NCBI GenBank assembly: GCA_043228905.1 | Contig: JBHGNT010000021.1 | Coordinates: 6,138,001-6,202,000, forward strand | DNA length: 64,000 nt | Direction: 5' to 3' | Source of the DNA: Azolla caroliniana | Lineage: Eukaryota; Plantae; Polypodiophyta | In this document: one piece after another, positions 12,553 to 23,528 of the stretch | Layout: each line of letters begins with the position of its first letter | Numbering within the stretch: position 1 is the stretch's first letter | Notes under the pieces: model-generated | The model's database searches: none | What the model was told of the DNA's origin: nothing | Seen by the model: only the letters and a program-made list of their open reading frames with translations | Position numbers and translations under genes: made by a program

Positions 12553-13142
12553 AATTAATTAATTCAACTATTAGAGTAGAAATAATGTCCTTTTGTTTGC
12601 ATTTTGTATTCGGCCTTTTTCCACTTTATTAAGTCTAGTTGCTTAGAAAAAGTGGCTATTGGGAATTTATTTATAAGGGTTTTTTTTTCATGACATGGAT
12701 GTATGTATGTTTACATTTTGGAGTTATCAATAGTGAGTTGCTTTGGTTTGAGAGAGAGAGAGAGAGGAAAAGAAAGCAAAGAGGGCAAGAGAGAAGGAGC
12801 CATGAATGTGATCGACCTCTTAGAAGTGGCCCTCCTTTAGCAAGCAAGGATGTGTAGGATGGGCTACAAGAAGGCGAGAATTTATGGCCATTAGGATCCA
12901 AACCACTTTTCGAGGGTTATTGGTTTAGTACCATATCAATTTTTTACCATATTCATATGTGTGCATTTGTATTTGCATATGCATGGTTGTGTTTGTATGT
13001 GTCTATTTGTATGCATGTATGAATGCATGCACACATGCATTGGTAGCATTCAATCTCATGTTATTTTCTTCCATGTTAATTTGTGTATTTGCTATTGTCA
13101 TTTCACAGGCAAGAAGAGTTCTTTTGGTCTTGAGAAGCCTCA

Positions 13143-13829
13143 TGGGGAGCTCATGATGGCGGTGCTTTCTATAGGAAGGACCATACCAAGTTTGATTCGA
13201 GTAATGCTACATTGTGAGGCACGTTGTGAAGAGTATTGTTGCAACAACAAGACTTGCTCGTCATTGCATTGTCCCGGTATGTATTCTTCTTGTGACCTTG
13301 GTGGATGTTGAGCCTTGTTCTTCACTCATTGTGGCACGTTTTGTCCTTTTTCATGCAAATAAAGTCACGAGAAAAGATTGAACACTATTCTTCTTAGGAG
13401 CTTAGTAGAAACCAAGTTTGGTTGTGGATATTGGTCAAGGAATGTATATTAGTTTAGGAAAATGTATTCATTGTGTTTCCTTTTTATTCTTGAAATTGAA
13501 ATGAAATGATGAGAAATTGTTTTACTTCAGGAAACCCTAATCCCCAATGATTGTGCATATTGGTTAAGGAATGTATAATAGTTTAGGAAAATGTATTCAT
13601 TGTGTTTCCTTTTTATTCTTGAAATTGAAATGAAATGATGAAAAATTGTTTTACTTCAGGAAACCCCAATCCCAATGATTTTCAACCTTAGATTATGGCT
13701 ATCCACCTCGACCTTCGCAGAGGCTGAAACAAACATTACCAGAAGACCCCTACATATGGTCACTTTGGTCGTGATGACCCCGACTTCACATGGGAAATCG
13801 TTAAGCCATTGAAGTGGGAGAAAGCTTAG
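13143..13829 (+). pseudogene. SAMS: 3' portion of S-adenosylmethionine synthetase in two collinear pieces (~13143-13320 and ~13677-13829)
   Basis: WGAHDGGAFYRKDHTKFDS / YIVRHVVKSIVA..RLARHCIV correspond to [20 protein letters not shown] / AYIVRQAAKSIVA..LARRCIV. The second piece reads [39 protein letters not shown]. Confidence 0.9.
13425..13680. repeat. Two tandem copies of a ~127-bp AT-rich unit between the SAMS fragments
   Basis: TGGTYAAGGAATGTAT...TTACTTCAGGAAACCCYAATCCC..ATGATT occurs twice. Confidence 0.85.
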
Positions 13830-14820
13830 CTCGGCTTAACTTTTGATTAGTTATTGTAAAAGTGAAACAAAAAACCGACAAAATTTACTATTATGACTAG
13901 GGTTTTTGCTTATGATCTATGTCTTTCTTTCTATTAGAGAAGTATGCAAAAATAAGAATGAAATGGTTGGAAAGGAAAGTATAGAGGAGATGATATTTTG
14001 CTTATTCCAAATTTTTTCTCTTAAAACTCTTTTTTAACTAATATGGGAGTTTTGTCCCATTTGTTTGAAGTTTTTTCTTCAAATATTTGTTTTCTTTTCA
14101 TTATTTCAAATGGAAGAAAAATAATGGGCTATTTATAAGAGAGCACAACAACAAATATTCATGTACTATGTGTGGTGATGGAGATGTTGAGTTAATTGGA
14201 TATTTTCATCAAAGGCTCAGTGTGCTTAATTGCTTTTCTATATGATATCTTTGTATTTAAGGATATGGAGCTTTCAATACTTGAGACTTGGCTTCACATC
14301 TAACTAGTTTTTATTTTGGTGTTCAGTTATGCTAAGAATGCACCATCAAAGCTCTCATACCATGAGTTTGTTTTGAAGCTAACTATCAAGGGAGGTTGAA
14401 GCATGCATTTCTTCCTATGATTGCCTTTTGTTCTATAATAAGTATGGATGGTCTTCGTTCCTTTCATGACTTTTTGGATTTGGTGGTTAACATTTATTAG
14501 GAACATTTCTGAAGCCAAGTGGGTGTTTATTCATCGAATCCCACCCACTTTAATCTTCACTAACTATGTTTGTGGATTTTTATTATCACCTAACATTGTA
14601 TTCATCTTTCTTGGTGCTACATCATTAGGAGAATGCAAGGTCCTCATTTCTACTTGTTGTAAAGGAAGGAGATTGATAAATAAATCATTGCATGTGTTGT
14701 AATATATTACTTTCCTCTCGTCTAATGAATTATTGTTTGTTTGAAACATTATTTGAACCGTAGGTATGTCATTATTATAGCAAGTTGGTTTTGCATGTTG
14801 CAAACTATATAATCTAAGGA

Positions 14821-14920
14821 AAAGGTGTATTAGAAAGAGGTGTTGTATTGCCAATAGTGTGATTGATATGTATGGTAAATGTGGCTTGATCCATGTAGCA
14901 CAGATATGCTTGATAAGCTT
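14821..14920 (+). pseudogene. Fragment of a PLS-class pentatricopeptide repeat gene
   Basis: IANSVIDMYGKCGLIHVAQIC matches the PLS-PPR signature N.LIDMY.KCG....A..VFD. Confidence 0.7.
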
Positions 14921-15562
14921 CACATATTGAATCGGTCATATATTAATCTCTTCCTCGTTAAATAATGTTGTGATGTGAGAAGTTATTGAGCATTTGAAGG
15001 AACTTGTAGTGATGGGGTATTCATGATGATTGTTGATGAAATTTCATGAAGTTTAAATATAGAATAACTATCAAACCAAATAATGAACTCCTGAGTCTTT
15101 ATTAATAAAAGAATATCTATGATTTAGGTGCAAATAGACACGAGCCCCTACACACATAACACATAGATACATACACACATGTTATACAACTAAGATATAC
15201 CACACATACAATATAATATATACATAAATAAATATGGAATACAATACATACATGCAATGCAATACATACATATGAACACACACATAACACATACATACAT
15301 AAAATATATACAACATATGCAATACAATATAATACATACATACACATATGTATAAAACATACATGTGTCTTCTATGTAAGGGCATTTAAAATGAGTTGTT
15401 GTCAAAATAAATATTGGCACTAAGGGGTATTTTTATTAACCATATTTTTATAGAAGGGTATCCAAAATAGTAAAAAACATACGTATAAGGGGTTTATAAA
15501 AGGTGTCGTGAACGCACGTGATATAACCTCTTTATATATAGTGGAGCCCTCGGGGCCGGAAG

Positions 15563-16209
15563 AGGGTCGGACAGGAAAGACATCCCATGCCGAAGTGAAG
15601 GGGGAGTTTGTTGGGATTACGGTCCCTCCGGATGGGATGGTCAGATGTCCGGGAATCGGGAATGAAGACCCGAATGAGGAGTACCCGGTATCGGAACCGG
15701 ATGATGAAGACCCGGTTTCGGATCCGGATGATGAAGACCCCGGCTACGGAGCCGGATGACGAAGACCCGGTTTCGGAGCCGGATGATGAAGACCCCGGCT
15801 ACGGAGCCGGATGACGAATGTACCCGGAGAGAGATCCGGATGCGGGGACATATTTGTGAATATGTTTGCCAAGGGCCCTCTAGGCTATATTTGTAAATAG
15901 CCCGAAAGTCATATGTGTATAAATATGACTTAGGGCAAACAGTTTTGTAGTTGTTGCTCATTTTTCTGTTTTCCACTTAGAGGGAGCGAAGTGAGAGCAG
16001 CCGAGAGAGAGAGTGAGAGAGAGAGAGAAAGGAAGAGGTCGACGCCTCTGTGTAATACCGCCGCCTGTGGCGAGGACAGCGAGCTCAAGGTCGTCGCCTT
16101 GTAGCTCGCCATTGTACATTCTCTGTGTTTTGATTTACTTCTGCATTGATTCGTGTTTCCTCGGTTGTGGCCGAGAGTTGAAGGTTTTGAAAGCGTCGAT
16201 TTCCTAACA
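15563..16209 (+). mobile_element. Remainder of the same Copia: last codons (RVGQERHPMPK*, stop 15596-15598), PPT, and 3' LTR 15609-16209
   Basis: The frame resumes after the duplicated GCCGGAAG. PPT AAGTGAAGGGGGAG precedes TGTTGGG; the LTR ends CCTAACA. U3 has CCGGATGATGAAGACCC repeats. Gypsy pol sequence follows immediately. Confidence 0.9.
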
Positions 16210-19200
16210 CATAGGTAGGAAATTTTGGTTCTCCGACATCGGAGGTTGTACTATAACCAGCGTCAGCGGCAGGGAGAGGAAGCGAGCGGAGGAGCGGCTC
16301 AGGGGATGCAGAGTCCTCTTCCCCGACGAGGGCATCAACGGCGCCGTGGAGGCGGTCTCTTTTGATGACACCTTGGGCGAACTACGAAAGGTGATCGGTG
16401 AAGACCTTAGAGAAGACCAGACTATTCCGATGGGGTCAATAGGAATATACGAAGTCATCGCAGACTTCGGGGAAAGAATCGGGTCGGATCGGGAGGCCCG
16501 CATGGATACGAAATACAAGACTGTGGACCGGAAGGTAAGGCCAGTCGCGGCACCCTTGCCGGAGGGCAGCGAGTAGCGGATAAAGGGGGTCGCGTCGGAC
16601 CCAAGTTTACGAAATCCGACTGGCATAGGGCACCAGTTCACCGACATAACGCTACGGGAGCTCAAGGTCGGTGGGGGCGGCTTCCTACTGCCGGTGGAGG
16701 AGGACCGGTTTCAGAGAATTCTTGGGAGGCACGGGAAAGCTTTCGCATTCTCACCGGAGGAGATCGGGTGCGTAGACCCGACAGTTGTCGAACCGATGGT
16801 GATCTTCACGGTACCGCATGTACCGTGGAATCTCAAGCCGATTCCGGTGCCGAGAGCTCACATCCCGAAGTTGATGGAGCTCCTTAAGCAAAAGGTGGAG
16901 ATGGGCATCCTCGAACCATCGAGTGCCCCGTATTCGAATCGGTGGTTTACGGTGCCGAAGAAGAACGGCACGTTGCGCTTCATCCAGGACCTACAACCGG
17001 TCAACAAGGTGACCATCCGTAACGTAGGGATCGGACCGACCATAGACCAGTTCGCGGAGGCCTTCGCTGGAAGGTCGATCTATTCTGTCGGTGATCTGTA
17101 CTCGGGGTACGATCAGTTCCAACTAGTTGTAGAGAGCAGAGACGTTACGACGATGCGGACTCCTCTCGGCCTGGTGCGGATGTGTACCCTGCCACAAGGA
17201 GGGACGAACTCAGTGGCTCACATGGTGAACGCGATGAACAAAGTGCTCAGGGATTGTATCCCGGACATCACCATGCCGTTCTTAGACGACATCCCGATCA
17301 AGGGATGCCCGGTGGAGAAAAGGGACGAGGCAATCGGGCCGGACGGATGTTGGAATTTCGTGGCGTCCCACATCGATGACTGCAAGAAGGTACTGCAGAG
17401 ACTAGAGCGCGCGAGGCTCACCTTCTCCGGGGAAAAGTCGACCTTCAGACAGCCGGAAATCTTGGTGGTCGGACACCTGTGCGGGCCTTACGGTAGAAAA
17501 CCGTCTCCAGCAAAGGTAGAGGCCATCTCCGCGATGAGGAACGTTTGCGGGTCGGTCACGGAGGTCCGCAGATTCTTGGGGGCATGCGCGTTCTACCACA
17601 TCTGGATCCCGCACTACGCACATGTCGCGGAACCCCTCTACGGACTATTGAAAAAGGGGCGTAGCTTTGAGTGGAGGACGGAGCACACGGAGTCGGTTCG
17701 GAGACTAAAGGAAGCGCTTACAGCAGCGCCGGCTCTCCGTAAAGCGGTTTACGGCAAGGATGTTCCCATCTGCGTAACGGTGGACACCAGCCTGACCAGG
17801 ATCGGGTGGGTAATCAGTCAGGAGGACAAGGGCGGCGCACGATTCCCGATCTGATTCGGGGCGAAGGTATTGAGCGAGCAGCAGCGAGGGTACGCCCAAG
17901 TTAAGCGCGAACTTTGGGGTGTCGTTTCGGCGGTCAAGGCCGACAAGGATAATCTGATCGGGACGGAGGTGATTATCGAGACGGACTGCCTGCCGATACT
18001 CGGCATGGTTTCTGGATGCGCGACACCAGACCTAGCAATGCTCCGGTGGATAGCGTACATTAAGTCCCTGAACCCGCAGATACGGCACATCTCTGGAAAG
18101 GACAACGCCATGGCCGACATGCTTTCGAGGGCAAGGTTTAACGACGAAGACGGCATGGTTTCGGAAGACGAAGAAGTCGGCGAGGACTTCTTCGGGTCGG
18201 CTAACATAACGACGAGGAAAGGGAACACTCCGGCGCTTAATGAATTTGACAAAAGCAGGTACGACGGGGAGTGGCTCCAAATCGGGAGGTTCCTACGGAC
18301 GATGACGCCGGACGCAGCATGGGCGAGAGAGGAGGCGAGCCGGATACGGAGGAAGGCATACCGATTCTTCCTGCGGGACAGGTGCATATGGAGGCACCCA
18401 AAGAAGAGAAGCGGCATTCCAGTCTGAGTAGTGGCAAAGAAAGAAGAACAGGGGAAACTACTGACGGCATTTCACGAGATCCCCTGGGCCGGACACCGCA
18501 GAACGTGGGCCACTTTCGAGAAGCTAAAGGAGAAGTACTGGTGGTCGGGGCTGTACCAGGACGTGCATCGGTTCGTAACGACTTGCGAGAGCTGTCAGAT
18601 GCACTCCGTAGTCCGACACCGGGACGAGCTACACCCGACCTACCCGCCTACGGTCCATTTCAAGTGGATGGTGGACTTGGTGACGATGCCGATGGGGGTA
18701 GGACAGATGCCATACCTGGTGCTTGCACGGGAAGACTTAACGAACCAGGTGGAAGGCCGTGCACTGCAAAGCAAGACAACCGCGGCGGTATGCCGGTTCC
18801 TGATCGAAGAAGTAGTGTGTCGATATGGGTGCGTCGGGAGGATCGAGGCGAACCGGGGAGAGCTGGATGCGCGGGAGGCTGAGGAGTTGTTCGACCAGCT
18901 AGGTGTCAAACTCTCCCTCACCACGGCGTACAATCCGGAGGCGAACGGAAAGGTGGAACGTGGGCACGGACCGATTGTAAAGGCGTTGGTGCGTGCATGC
19001 AGTGGGCAGGTCGGGAATTGGCCGCGACTCCTTCCTTACGTGCTATGGGCGGACCGGACTACGCACAGTTCGGTGACAGGGTTTATGTCGGCGGAGCTAA
19101 TGTACGGACAAAAGTCGATCATGCCGGTGGAACGGACGGTTTCTTTGTGGGCGGCGGTAGATTGGAAGGACGAAATGAGCCGAGAGGAGTTGCTGGCGGC

Positions 19201-20304
19201 GCGGATTCGGCAACTCGAGCGGAGGCCAGAGGACGTGATACGAGCGAAGGAAAAGTTGCGGGCAGCGAGGGAGCGTAACAAGACCCGGTTCAACCAGGCG
19301 CACCGGTTGTGACCAAAGAAGATCGAGGAAGGCGATTGGGTCTTGGTATACGATAGCAGCCTCGACAATCAGCACAAGGCGGTGCAGAAGTTTGCTAGGA
19401 GATGGTTTGGGCCCTACATGGTGACGAGCGCGAACGGCAACGGCACGTACCACCTCACGGAACTCGACAGGACACGGTTAGCGGTGCCGATGGCCGAAAA
19501 GCGGATCAAAGCCTTCAAAAAGCGGTTCGAAGACGAGCCGGAGCCTGCGAGCGGGAGCAACAACGACGATCAGTTCGGGTCCGGCGGAGAACCGGAGAGC
19601 GACGAGTGAGGCCGGGTTTCTTCGATATCTACCCGTCTATGGCACATACCAGTGGATGCGCGGTTTGGTGGGGATGGATGTCGTGAAGAAAATCGGCCAT
19701 AGGCAGAATCAGAGAGAAAGCGCGTGAACCGGCCCCTACACGGATGGACGCGTGACTATATACTTTGTACACGAACCGATGGATGTGACTACTAAGCCAC
19801 ACGCATTTATTAGAGGGGATTGTGCGTATCCCAGAGAGGGGACAGGGAATAAAAGGAAGAAGAGAAGAGAAAAATGATCATCGCGCGCGAGGGAGAAGGG
19901 AAGCGATGTTGTAGAAGGGAAGTCGAGCTCTCTCTCTACTCCTCGAGCCGTCGTTCTCTATGGGTCCGTCGCCGCCTGTGGGAGTGCATTGCCTCTGCTT
20001 CATGGACAGCCCGTGTGCTTCCAGCAGAGTCGCTCCCTTTTCCCATTGTTTCTTGCAGTCAGGTGACTGTCGTCGATGTGCGTGAGTAGGGTCCCCGTGT
20101 CGGGTCCGTCACCGCCACATCGGTTGTAACTGTCAGGGATTGAAATCTCTTGCCATTATAATTAAGTGTTACAATTCTATCTCTTTCCTTCTCTCTTTTC
20201 GTGTCGGTGAATCTCTCTTTGTCTCTCTCTCTCTCTCTCGCTCCTCGGTCCAAGACCCCCGTGGTCCCGCCCCTTTCCACACGTACGTGCATAATAACGC
20301 GACA
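16210..20304 (+). mobile_element. Ty3/Gypsy element, 3' part: pol (RT, RNase H, integrase) with four in-frame stops, PPT and 3' LTR 19679-20304
   Basis: ORFs at 16346, 16694, 17870, 18431 and 19343 share one frame. RT DLYSGYDQ, LPQGGTNS, FLDD; RH TVDTS, ETDC, NAMADMLSR; IN H..PWAGH...CESC, TAYNPEANGKVER, WFGPY. No chromodomain seen. LTR TGTCGTGAAG...CGCGACA followed by ACGT. Confidence 0.93.
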
Positions 20305-20308
20305 ACGT

Positions 20309-21176
20309 TGTCGTGAAGATTCCGAGCCATGGTGAGAAACCAGGGAATATCAGAAGAATCGGCGGGGTGGAGCATGTGCACTCACCCTTGTACAAATGGT
20401 GTAGGTGAAAGGGGGTGCCTTTATGGTGCCGAGTAGGAATCAAGACGGGATAGAGAATCCCATGCAAATCGAGATTTATCCCACATTGTAACGCATCCCT
20501 CTCCTTGTTCTATAAAAGGGAGGGAGGGTCCCTTGTAGAGGGGTTTCCTGTTTTGAGTTAGGAGGGTAAACCATTAGATTTAGGGTTTGGTAGTTTGGTC
20601 TTTTCACCCTATTTCGTTTAGGGTTTCATCTTGGCAGCTTTCTTCTTCTTCTTCTTCTTCTTACTTTCTTGTTTTGGTTAGGGTTCTTCAACTTCTTCTT
20701 CTCCTTCGTGTCTGTTTAGGGTTTAGTCCAGTGAAGAGCTTGTATGTTCAGTGGGGTTTGCTTCTGCTCGGTCTCCTATGCAAGACCCCGCTCGGCGCGA
20801 CGAGCCCGAGAGCTCCCTGATCGGCGGCTTGGCAACAGACGGCTATTGTAACCTAACCTACCCTGGTCTGGCTCGAAGCCGAAGTTGTATCTTGCTCTTG
20901 TAATTATATATATAAAAGGTTGTGCATATTTGTGTCTCTGTTGGTGTACATAAGAGGCATGTGTTGAGTCGGTGTTGCATGTGTGGTCCCTCTCTCTCTC
21001 TCTCTCCCTCTCTCGTGTTCGGTAGCCGGCGATACGTGTCCGGAATCGCACCGGTTTGCGCCACAACAAGTGCAGCCGAGACCGGAGAGAGTCGGCTTCT
21101 CGACATCCATCTCTTCCTCGTCCGAGACCCTCGTGGTCCCGCCCCTTTCGACACATACTTGCGGAAAACCGCGACA
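20309..21176 (+). mobile_element. Solo LTR (TGTCG-type Gypsy family)
   Basis: TGTCGTGAAG...CGCGACA; TSD ACGT/ACAT; shares the subterminal motif GACCCYYGTGGTCCCGCCC with the neighbouring LTRs. Confidence 0.85.
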
Positions 21177-21199
21177 ACATGGTTCTTACTTAAGGCCGT

Positions 21200-21841
21200 T
21201 GTCGTGAAATTACGCGCATGCACGTCGGAAAGGGCGGAACCACAGGGTTCTCAGACGAGGGAGAAAGGGGTGCCAGGAAAACCGACACTGGACACGACCC
21301 GGAGGTAACCGAACACGAGAGAGAGAAAGAAAAAGAGAGAGAGCATGCGCGCGACACCGACTCTTATACACAAGAAACAAAAGGGCTATGCTCCTGGCAC
21401 CACCGAATACACCAATATGCACAAACAGATATGAATATATATATATATATATATATATTACAAGGGAAAAGATACAACCCCGGCTTCGAGTCGGGCTACG
21501 CTTAGAAGAAAAGAAGTTAATCCTAACATAGCTTTGCCGCCATGGCTGCGACGCCCAACTTCCCAAGAAGGAGAAGGAGAAGAAGTTACTAACCCTAGAA
21601 ACTCTTAATAAAATGACCCTCTACAAAATGGTATACCCTTACAACTCAAAATGGGCAACCCCATACAAGAGACCCCTCCCTTCCTTTTATAGCCCAAGGA
21701 GGGAGGAACGTTACAATGTGGGATCAATACTCCCCCTTATTCTATACACTGTTTTCCTACTATACATGTGCACATGTTGCACACCACCAACTTGCCCTAT
21801 TCCACCCCGGTTTCACACTATAGCCAGAAATCTTCACGACA
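21200..21841 (-). mobile_element. Solo LTR (related family, inverted) inserted in Copia RT
   Basis: TGTCGTG...CACGACA with a perfect TSD CCGT/CCGT. The flanks rejoin as Copia LKKPLYG|LK*EP. Confidence 0.9.
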
Positions 21842-22852
21842 CCGTAGAGTGGCTTCTTCAGTCGGCACACTACTGTTGGATGTGTGCTTGATTCAAAGCC
21901 ATGTGGTTGTACCATGTACACCTCCTCTTCTAATTCTCCTTGGAGAAAGGAGTTCTTTACATCCATCTAGTGGAGGTGCCACCCTTTTGCCGCTGCAAGT
22001 GCAATCATGGTTCAAACAATCGTCATCTTTGCCACTAGGGCAAAGGTCTCTTCATAGTCGATACCATGCATTTGTGCATAGCCTTTTGCTACGAGTCGGG
22101 CTTTATAGCAGTTGACGATGCCATCAACATTATACTTCACTTTGTAAATCCATTTGCAGCCGATCACCTTTTTTGTGTGGTGAGTGGGGAACGAGATCCC
22201 ATGTCTTCTTCTTCCATAGTGCATGCATCTCCTCGTTCATTGCTTCGACCCATCGTGGATCCTTGGCTAGCTTGGAAAAAATTTCCGGTTCACGAACAAT
22301 TGCCACCTTCATCATAAAGGCATAGTGATATGCCATATAGTCGTTGTAGCTGAATCAACTAACTGGATTCTTCTCACATGTGGAGCGTGAGAGTTTTTCA
22401 TTTGCCATGGCAATGGCTTTCTGCACACCATGTGTCCTCATAAGAGGCACATCAAGGCCATCAAGCTCACTGTCAAGTGAGTGAGCAAATTCATTGCCAT
22501 CGAATTGATCGTCTTCATACTCTGCATTTTGGACTTCCCTTTGTCCATCTTTGGACTCGGCCGAGACGTGCTTTGGTCGCGTAGAGGCTCTTGAGATCAG
22601 ACTCTCCTCAACTATTGCTCTTAGTTATTCTTCGTTGTCCGGGTTTCCATCAAAATCTATCGTGATTTGCTCAGGGGAAATCGGCTCGGGTTCGTACCAT
22701 GATGTCGATTTGTCAAAGACTACATCTCGACTTACGCGAACCTTCCAAGTAGAGGGGTTGAAACATTTGTACCCTTTTTGCTCCACAGAGTATCCTATGA
22801 GGATACATTTCTCTGACTTGGGATCTAGCTTTTGCCATTGTCAGGATGTGGC
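21842..22852 (-). mobile_element. Degenerate older Copia internal region (integrase C-terminus to RT)
   Basis: [77 protein letters not shown]; frameshifted. Confidence 0.9.
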
Positions 22853-22870
22853 ATGTCTAGTGGGAGAAAA

Positions 22871-23323
22871 TGTGGTTCCACGCACATCACACAAACACTT
22901 GTAAATATAAAAAATAAGACGAAGGCCTAGAATAATTGGAGTGCATACAACGGGGTGCAACCTTGAAATAATTTGAGTGCATACAACATGTTGCAACAAG
23001 GTTTGAACCTTGCACCTTTAAGATAGAAGACGTTTGGCTTACCACTAGGATTACTATCATGTACTATAAATGTGATATATGTTTTCTTTTCATATTCAAT
23101 TTACACATGAAACAACCATACAAAACCGTGTGCACAAAACCATTGTTCCAATCCCATAGTTTTGTGCATGTCACAAAGCAAAACCATGTGCATAGAAACC
23201 ATGGCTCCAAACCCATGGTTTTGTGCATGGACAAACCTATAAAACCCTAGTAGAGCTTGTGTAAAAGGGGGGTCGAGATCGAGGAAATAGAGTGAGAGTA
23301 AGAGAGACAAAGAATGGCACACA
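22871..23323 (+). mobile_element. Probable LTR fragment preceded by a PPT-like tract
   Basis: AGTGGGAGAAAA followed by TGTGG...GGCACACA; no matching TSD found. Confidence 0.35.
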
Positions 23324-23528
23324 ATATGTAACTGTATTATTTGAGCTCAAAGTTACAATAAAATCGAGACAACAACCTTAACACTAGGTTACAAAGCCAG
23401 TTATATACCAACTAGGCTAGGGCAGCTGCCCTTTGACATATTTACATTATTGTCCTAAACCTAGCCTATCCAAGGGACAATGTGAATACGACCATTATAC
23501 ACTTGTATTCGATATGAGCTACCAAATC

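Larger units (their letters stand above)
1826..15554. mobile_element. Non-autonomous DNA transposon (Pack-type) with 8-bp TSD and imperfect 46-bp TIRs; superfamily unassigned
   Basis: GCCGGAAG is present at 1818-1825 and 15555-15562. Left end CCCGGGGGCTTCACT...CACGTGAGTTCA; right end (reverse complement) CCCGAGGGCTCCACT...CACGTGCGTTCA. Removing the element restores the Copia ORF. Confidence 0.9.

Noticed and set aside
12961-13311. Cys-rich 116-aa ORF / apparent AG...GT exon at 13109-13276
   Set aside because: Other frames match SAM synthetase, so the ORF is a shadow.
15504-16238. TGTCGTGAAC at 15504 as the start of a Gypsy 5' LTR pairing with 19679
   Set aside because: It overlaps the right TIR of the DNA element. 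What follows is the Copia ORF end, PPT and Copia LTR, with no similarity to the 19679 LTR.
16574-19312. In-frame TGA/TAG stops as substrates for fern-type U-to-C reverse RNA editing or programmed readthrough
   Set aside because: Reverse editing is established for organellar transcripts. Methyl-C deamination in a nuclear TE explains the pattern more simply.
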